Source of the DNA: Candidatus Bipolaricaulota bacterium | GTDB taxonomy: Bacteria > Bipolaricaulota > Bipolaricaulia > M55B111 | Length of the DNA stretch: 38,316 bases | Assembly: GCA_018334615.1 (NCBI GenBank) | Contig: JAGXLP010000002.1 | Span: 1 to 38,316, forward strand | Reading direction: 5' to 3' | The notes under the pieces: generated by a model | The model's input: the letters and a program-made list of their open reading frames with translations, nothing else | Databases searched by the model: none | What the model was told of the DNA's origin: nothing | Shown: one piece after another, positions 35,658-38,316 of the stretch | Position numbering within the stretch: the first letter of the stretch is position 1 | Layout: each line of letters starts with the position of its first letter | Made by a program: the position numbers and the translations under genes

Positions 35658-35684
35658 TTGCGATGAAAGGAAGTACGTTATAAT
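35658..35684 (+). promoter_or_regulatory. Possible secG promoter, TTGCGA-N15-TATAAT
   Basis: Hexamers at 35658-35663 and 35679-35684. The spacer is short at 15 nt. Confidence 0.3.
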
Positions 35685-35698
35685 ATTTAGGAGGTAAA

Positions 35699-35923
35699 AT
35701 GATCGCGCTAATAATACGAGTGATTTTTTATTTGAGTTCGTTTGGACTTATCGGTATAGTTCTGGTTCAAATGAGTGAACATGCTGGGTTGGGCGGTGCT
35801 TTTGGTGCCGGTGGGTCAAGTACCGTATTTGGCAGGGATGAGCAAACCGATCCCAAGAGAACTGCCACCTCCGTGCTGGCAGCTCTATTTATGATCGCAA
35901 GTTTGCTGCTGTCCATTATTTAG
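35699..35923 (+). CDS. secG: Preprotein translocase subunit SecG
   Basis: 74 aa with two TMs flanking the Gly-rich loop GLGGAFGAGGSSTVFG. Strong SD TAGGAGGT. Confidence 0.88.
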   Translation: MIALIIRVIFYLSSFGLIGIVLVQMSEHAGLGGAFGAGGSSTVFGRDEQTDPKRTATSVLAALFMIASLLLSII

Positions 35924-35947
35924 GCGAAAAAACTTTTTGGGGGATTT

Positions 35948-36934
35948 ATGCCTTTAATAGAGCTTAATGACCTGAAGACCTATTTCTATACAGAAGATGG
36001 TGTGGTTAAAGCCGTCGACGGTGTTACGTTTAGTATTGACAAACAACAGACCCTTGGCGTCGTCGGGGAAAGTGGTTGTGGTAAATCTGTCACGGCACTT
36101 TCCATCATGGGACTGGTACCCATGCCGCCAGGGAAGATAGAAGGAGGCGAGATTCTGTTTCACCGCAACGGCGAACCCGTAGATTTAACAAAATTAAACC
36201 CCAAGGGCAGGGAAATACGTTCCATTCGAGGAAACGAAATAGCGATGATATTTCAGGAACCAATGACATCTTTAAATCCGGTGTTTACGATAGGTAACCA
36301 GATTATGGAAGCTATAACGTTACATCAGGATGTTAATAAGGGGGAAGCCAGGACTATCGCAATACAGATGCTTGAAGAAGTCGGAATACCTTTGCCCGCG
36401 CAAAGAGTCGACGAATACCCCCATCAGCTTTCCGGAGGGATGAGGCAGCGAGCGATGATCGCCATGGCTCTTTCGTGTAATCCCACCATGCTTATAGCTG
36501 ACGAACCTACTACGGCACTGGACGTAACTATTCAGGCACAGATACTGGAATTAATGGGAGACCTCCAGGATGAATTTGATACCTCGATCATGTTTATTAC
36601 CCATGACCTGGGTGTCATAGCGGAGATAACCAGTTACGTTGTGGTAATGTATCTCGGGAAGATAGTTGAGAGTGGAGATGTCCATGAAATATATAAGGAT
36701 CCCACGATGCCATACACGCAGGGGTTGATGGAATCGATACCTTCCCTGGACGTCGACAAAGGACGCCTGGAACCGATTAAAGGCGTTGTTCCCGATCCTT
36801 ACGAAGTCCCAGAGGGCTGTCCGTTCAACAATAGATGTCCTCACGTTATGGATATTTGCAAAGAGGAAGATCCACCTTTGGAGAAGGTGGGCGAAGACCA
36901 TAAATCTTCCTGCTGGTTGCATATTGATCATTAA
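35948..36934 (+). CDS. Peptide/nickel-type ABC transporter ATP-binding protein (OppD/DppD-like)
   Basis: Walker A GESGCGKS, signature LSGGMRQR, Walker B LIADEPTTALD and a C-terminal Cys-rich oligopeptide-ABC extension. Confidence 0.9.
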   Translation: MPLIELNDLKTYFYTEDGVVKAVDGVTFSIDKQQTLGVVGESGCGKSVTALSIMGLVPMPPGKIEGGEILFHRNGEPVDLTKLNPKGREIRSIRGNEIAMIFQEPMTSLNPVFTIGNQIMEAITLHQDVNKGEARTIAIQMLEEVGIPLPAQRVDEYPHQLSGGMRQRAMIAMALSCNPTMLIADEPTTALDVTIQAQILELMGDLQDEFDTSIMFITHDLGVIAEITSYVVVMYLGKIVESGDVHEIYKDPTMPYTQGLMESIPSLDVDKGRLEPIKGVVPDPYEVPEGCPFNNRCPHVMDICKEEDPPLEKVGEDHKSSCWLHIDH

Positions 36935-36949
36935 TAGGGGTGAGATTAA

Positions 36950-37999
36950 GTGGTAGAAATGGAGTCTGACCGGCTTCTTGACGTTACCGGGATGAAAAAG
37001 TATTTTCCCGTTCGGAAGGGAGTCTTTAAACGCGTAGTTGGTCACGTAAAGGCCGTTGATAACGTAGATTTGTTTATCCGCGAAGGGGAAACTCTTGGTC
37101 TGGTGGGAGAAAGTGGATGTGGTAAGACCACAGCTGGCAGGACTATTTTGCGATTAATAGAGCCAACCGCCGGCCAGATGTTGTTCCGCAGTGAAGAGCT
37201 TGGTAATGGAACCGGGAAGGTAGTCGACATTGCTCAAGCGGGTAAACGTGAGCTCAAACGACTCCGGCGAGACATGCAGATTATATTTCAGGACCCGTAC
37301 TCCTCACTAAATCCTCGCATGACCGTCGCCAGTATCGTTGGTGAGCCTCTGATAGTTCACGGTATTGGATCAAAACGAGAAAGAAACGATCGGGTAAAGG
37401 AATTGCTTCGTGCCGTTGGGATGACCGAAAACCACATGAAACGGTATCCTCACGAGTTCAGTGGAGGACAGAGGCAACGAATAGGTGTGGCGCGAGCTCT
37501 TGCCCTGGATCCTCAGTTGATAATCGCTGATGAGCCCGTTTCTGCCCTAGATGTTTCCATTCAGGCCCAGGTACTCAATCGTCTTGATGATCTCCAGGGT
37601 GAATTTGGTCTAACCTATTTGTTTATCGCTCACGACCTTTCTGTAATCAAACACATTAGCGATAGAGTTGCCGTTATGTACCTGGGGCAGATAGTAGAGC
37701 TAAGCTCGGTAGATAAGCTTTTCTCGGACCCAAAACACCCCTACACTGAAGCTTTGATGTCCGCAGTGCCCGTTGCAAACCCCGACTTCGAATCTGAAAG
37801 GATAATCCTGGAGGGCGACGTGCCGTCACCTGTCGATCCTCCTTCCGGATGCTATTTCCATCCCAGGTGTCCGTACAGTGAGCCAGATTGTAGTGAAAAG
37901 GAGCCTGAGTTCAGGGAAATAGAACACGATCACTACGTGCACTGTATCTACGCCGACGAACTGGATCTTATCGGATTGAAGTCGCAGGCAAGTGAGTAG
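36950..37999 (+). CDS. Peptide/nickel-type ABC transporter ATP-binding protein (OppF/DppF-like)
   Basis: Walker A GESGCGKT, signature FSGGQRQR, Walker [12 protein letters not shown] and the C-terminal block [10 protein letters not shown]. Confidence 0.9.
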   Translation: MVEMESDRLLDVTGMKKYFPVRKGVFKRVVGHVKAVDNVDLFIREGETLGLVGESGCGKTTAGRTILRLIEPTAGQMLFRSEELGNGTGKVVDIAQAGKRELKRLRRDMQIIFQDPYSSLNPRMTVASIVGEPLIVHGIGSKRERNDRVKELLRAVGMTENHMKRYPHEFSGGQRQRIGVARALALDPQLIIADEPVSALDVSIQAQVLNRLDDLQGEFGLTYLFIAHDLSVIKHISDRVAVMYLGQIVELSSVDKLFSDPKHPYTEALMSAVPVANPDFESERIILEGDVPSPVDPPSGCYFHPRCPYSEPDCSEKEPEFREIEHDHYVHCIYADELDLIGLKSQASE

Positions 38000-38316
38000 T
38001 TTTTGCCTACTCTTAGGGACGAAGAATCCGGGTAAAGTCAAGGAAGCGAAGGAAATACTGTCGTTTCCAGGCGAAAACTTACAAATCCTCTCATTTCGGG
38101 AGAGAAATTTTGCTGACGTAGACGAGAGTGGGGAAACTTACGCGGACAATTCTCTAAAAAAAGCCAGGTACATAAGCCAAGAAACTGGGTTACCCGTTTT
38201 GAGCGACGATTCTGGCCTTGAAGTTTTTTCTTTAAACGGTGCTCCTGGTCCACGATCGGCAAGATTTGCGGGACCTGGGTCAACTGATGAGGAAAATCTC
38301 AATTTGCTTCTGGATA
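37992..38316 (+). CDS. rdgB: dITP/XTP pyrophosphatase RdgB/Ham1; 5' part, runs off the window
   Basis: My own translation is (GTG)[22 protein letters not shown]...[24 protein letters not shown]...[10 protein letters not shown]. The GTG overlaps the preceding gene's stop. Confidence 0.8.
   Translation, partial: MSSFCLLLGTKNPGKVKEAKEILSFPGENLQILSFRERNFADVDESGETYADNSLKKARYISQETGLPVLSDDSGLEVFSLNGAPGPRSARFAGPGSTDEENLNLLLD

Noticed and set aside
1-38316. A search for CRISPR arrays, tRNA/rRNA genes, transposases or integrases, toxin-antitoxin pairs, restriction-modification or other defence cassettes.
   Set aside because: I saw no periodic repeat-spacer structure, no tRNA cloverleaf candidates and no recombinase-like or nuclease/ATPase defence-like ORFs. 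Every ORF of meaningful length has a housekeeping assignment.

Overview
This is a bacterial chromosomal core region, tightly packed, with strong GGAGG-type Shine-Dalgarno sites and many overlapping stop/start junctions. The layout is as follows. (1) Housekeeping genes: ispE(-), era, deoC, recO, hpf, a divergent PP-loop protein, pcrA and an FmdB-type zinc-ribbon gene. (2) A ~680-nt ORF-free spacer. (3) A very large rpoC (beta-prime) with no rpoB in front of it. (4) The str/S10/spc/alpha ribosomal-protein supercluster: rpsL-rpsG-fusA-rpsJ...rplO-secY-adk-map-infA-rpmJ-rpsM-rpsK-rpsD-rpoA-rplQ, ending in a clear intrinsic terminator. (5) A minus-strand operon, prmC / ftsE-like / ftsX / HD-hydrolase. 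(6) A small TolB-like lipoprotein, ispD, secG, two peptide-type ABC ATPases and the start of rdgB. I found no rRNA, tRNA, CRISPR, transposase/integrase or recognisable defence or mobile cluster, so most of the window is ordinary. Five things deserve a second look. First, a ~117-nt element ending in a terminator-like hairpin sits directly in front of rpoC and is duplicated at the window start, so the two copies bracket an 8.3-kb gene block. Second, the long structured non-coding spacer upstream of rpoC. Third, an FtsE homolog in which every ATPase motif is substituted. Fourth, a prmC whose conserved N-terminal domain has no in-frame canonical start. Fifth, smaller oddities: a truncated S11 tail, a degenerate PP-loop, and missing tuf and rpmD. 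All calls come from reading the translations and sequence by eye. No database search was run.
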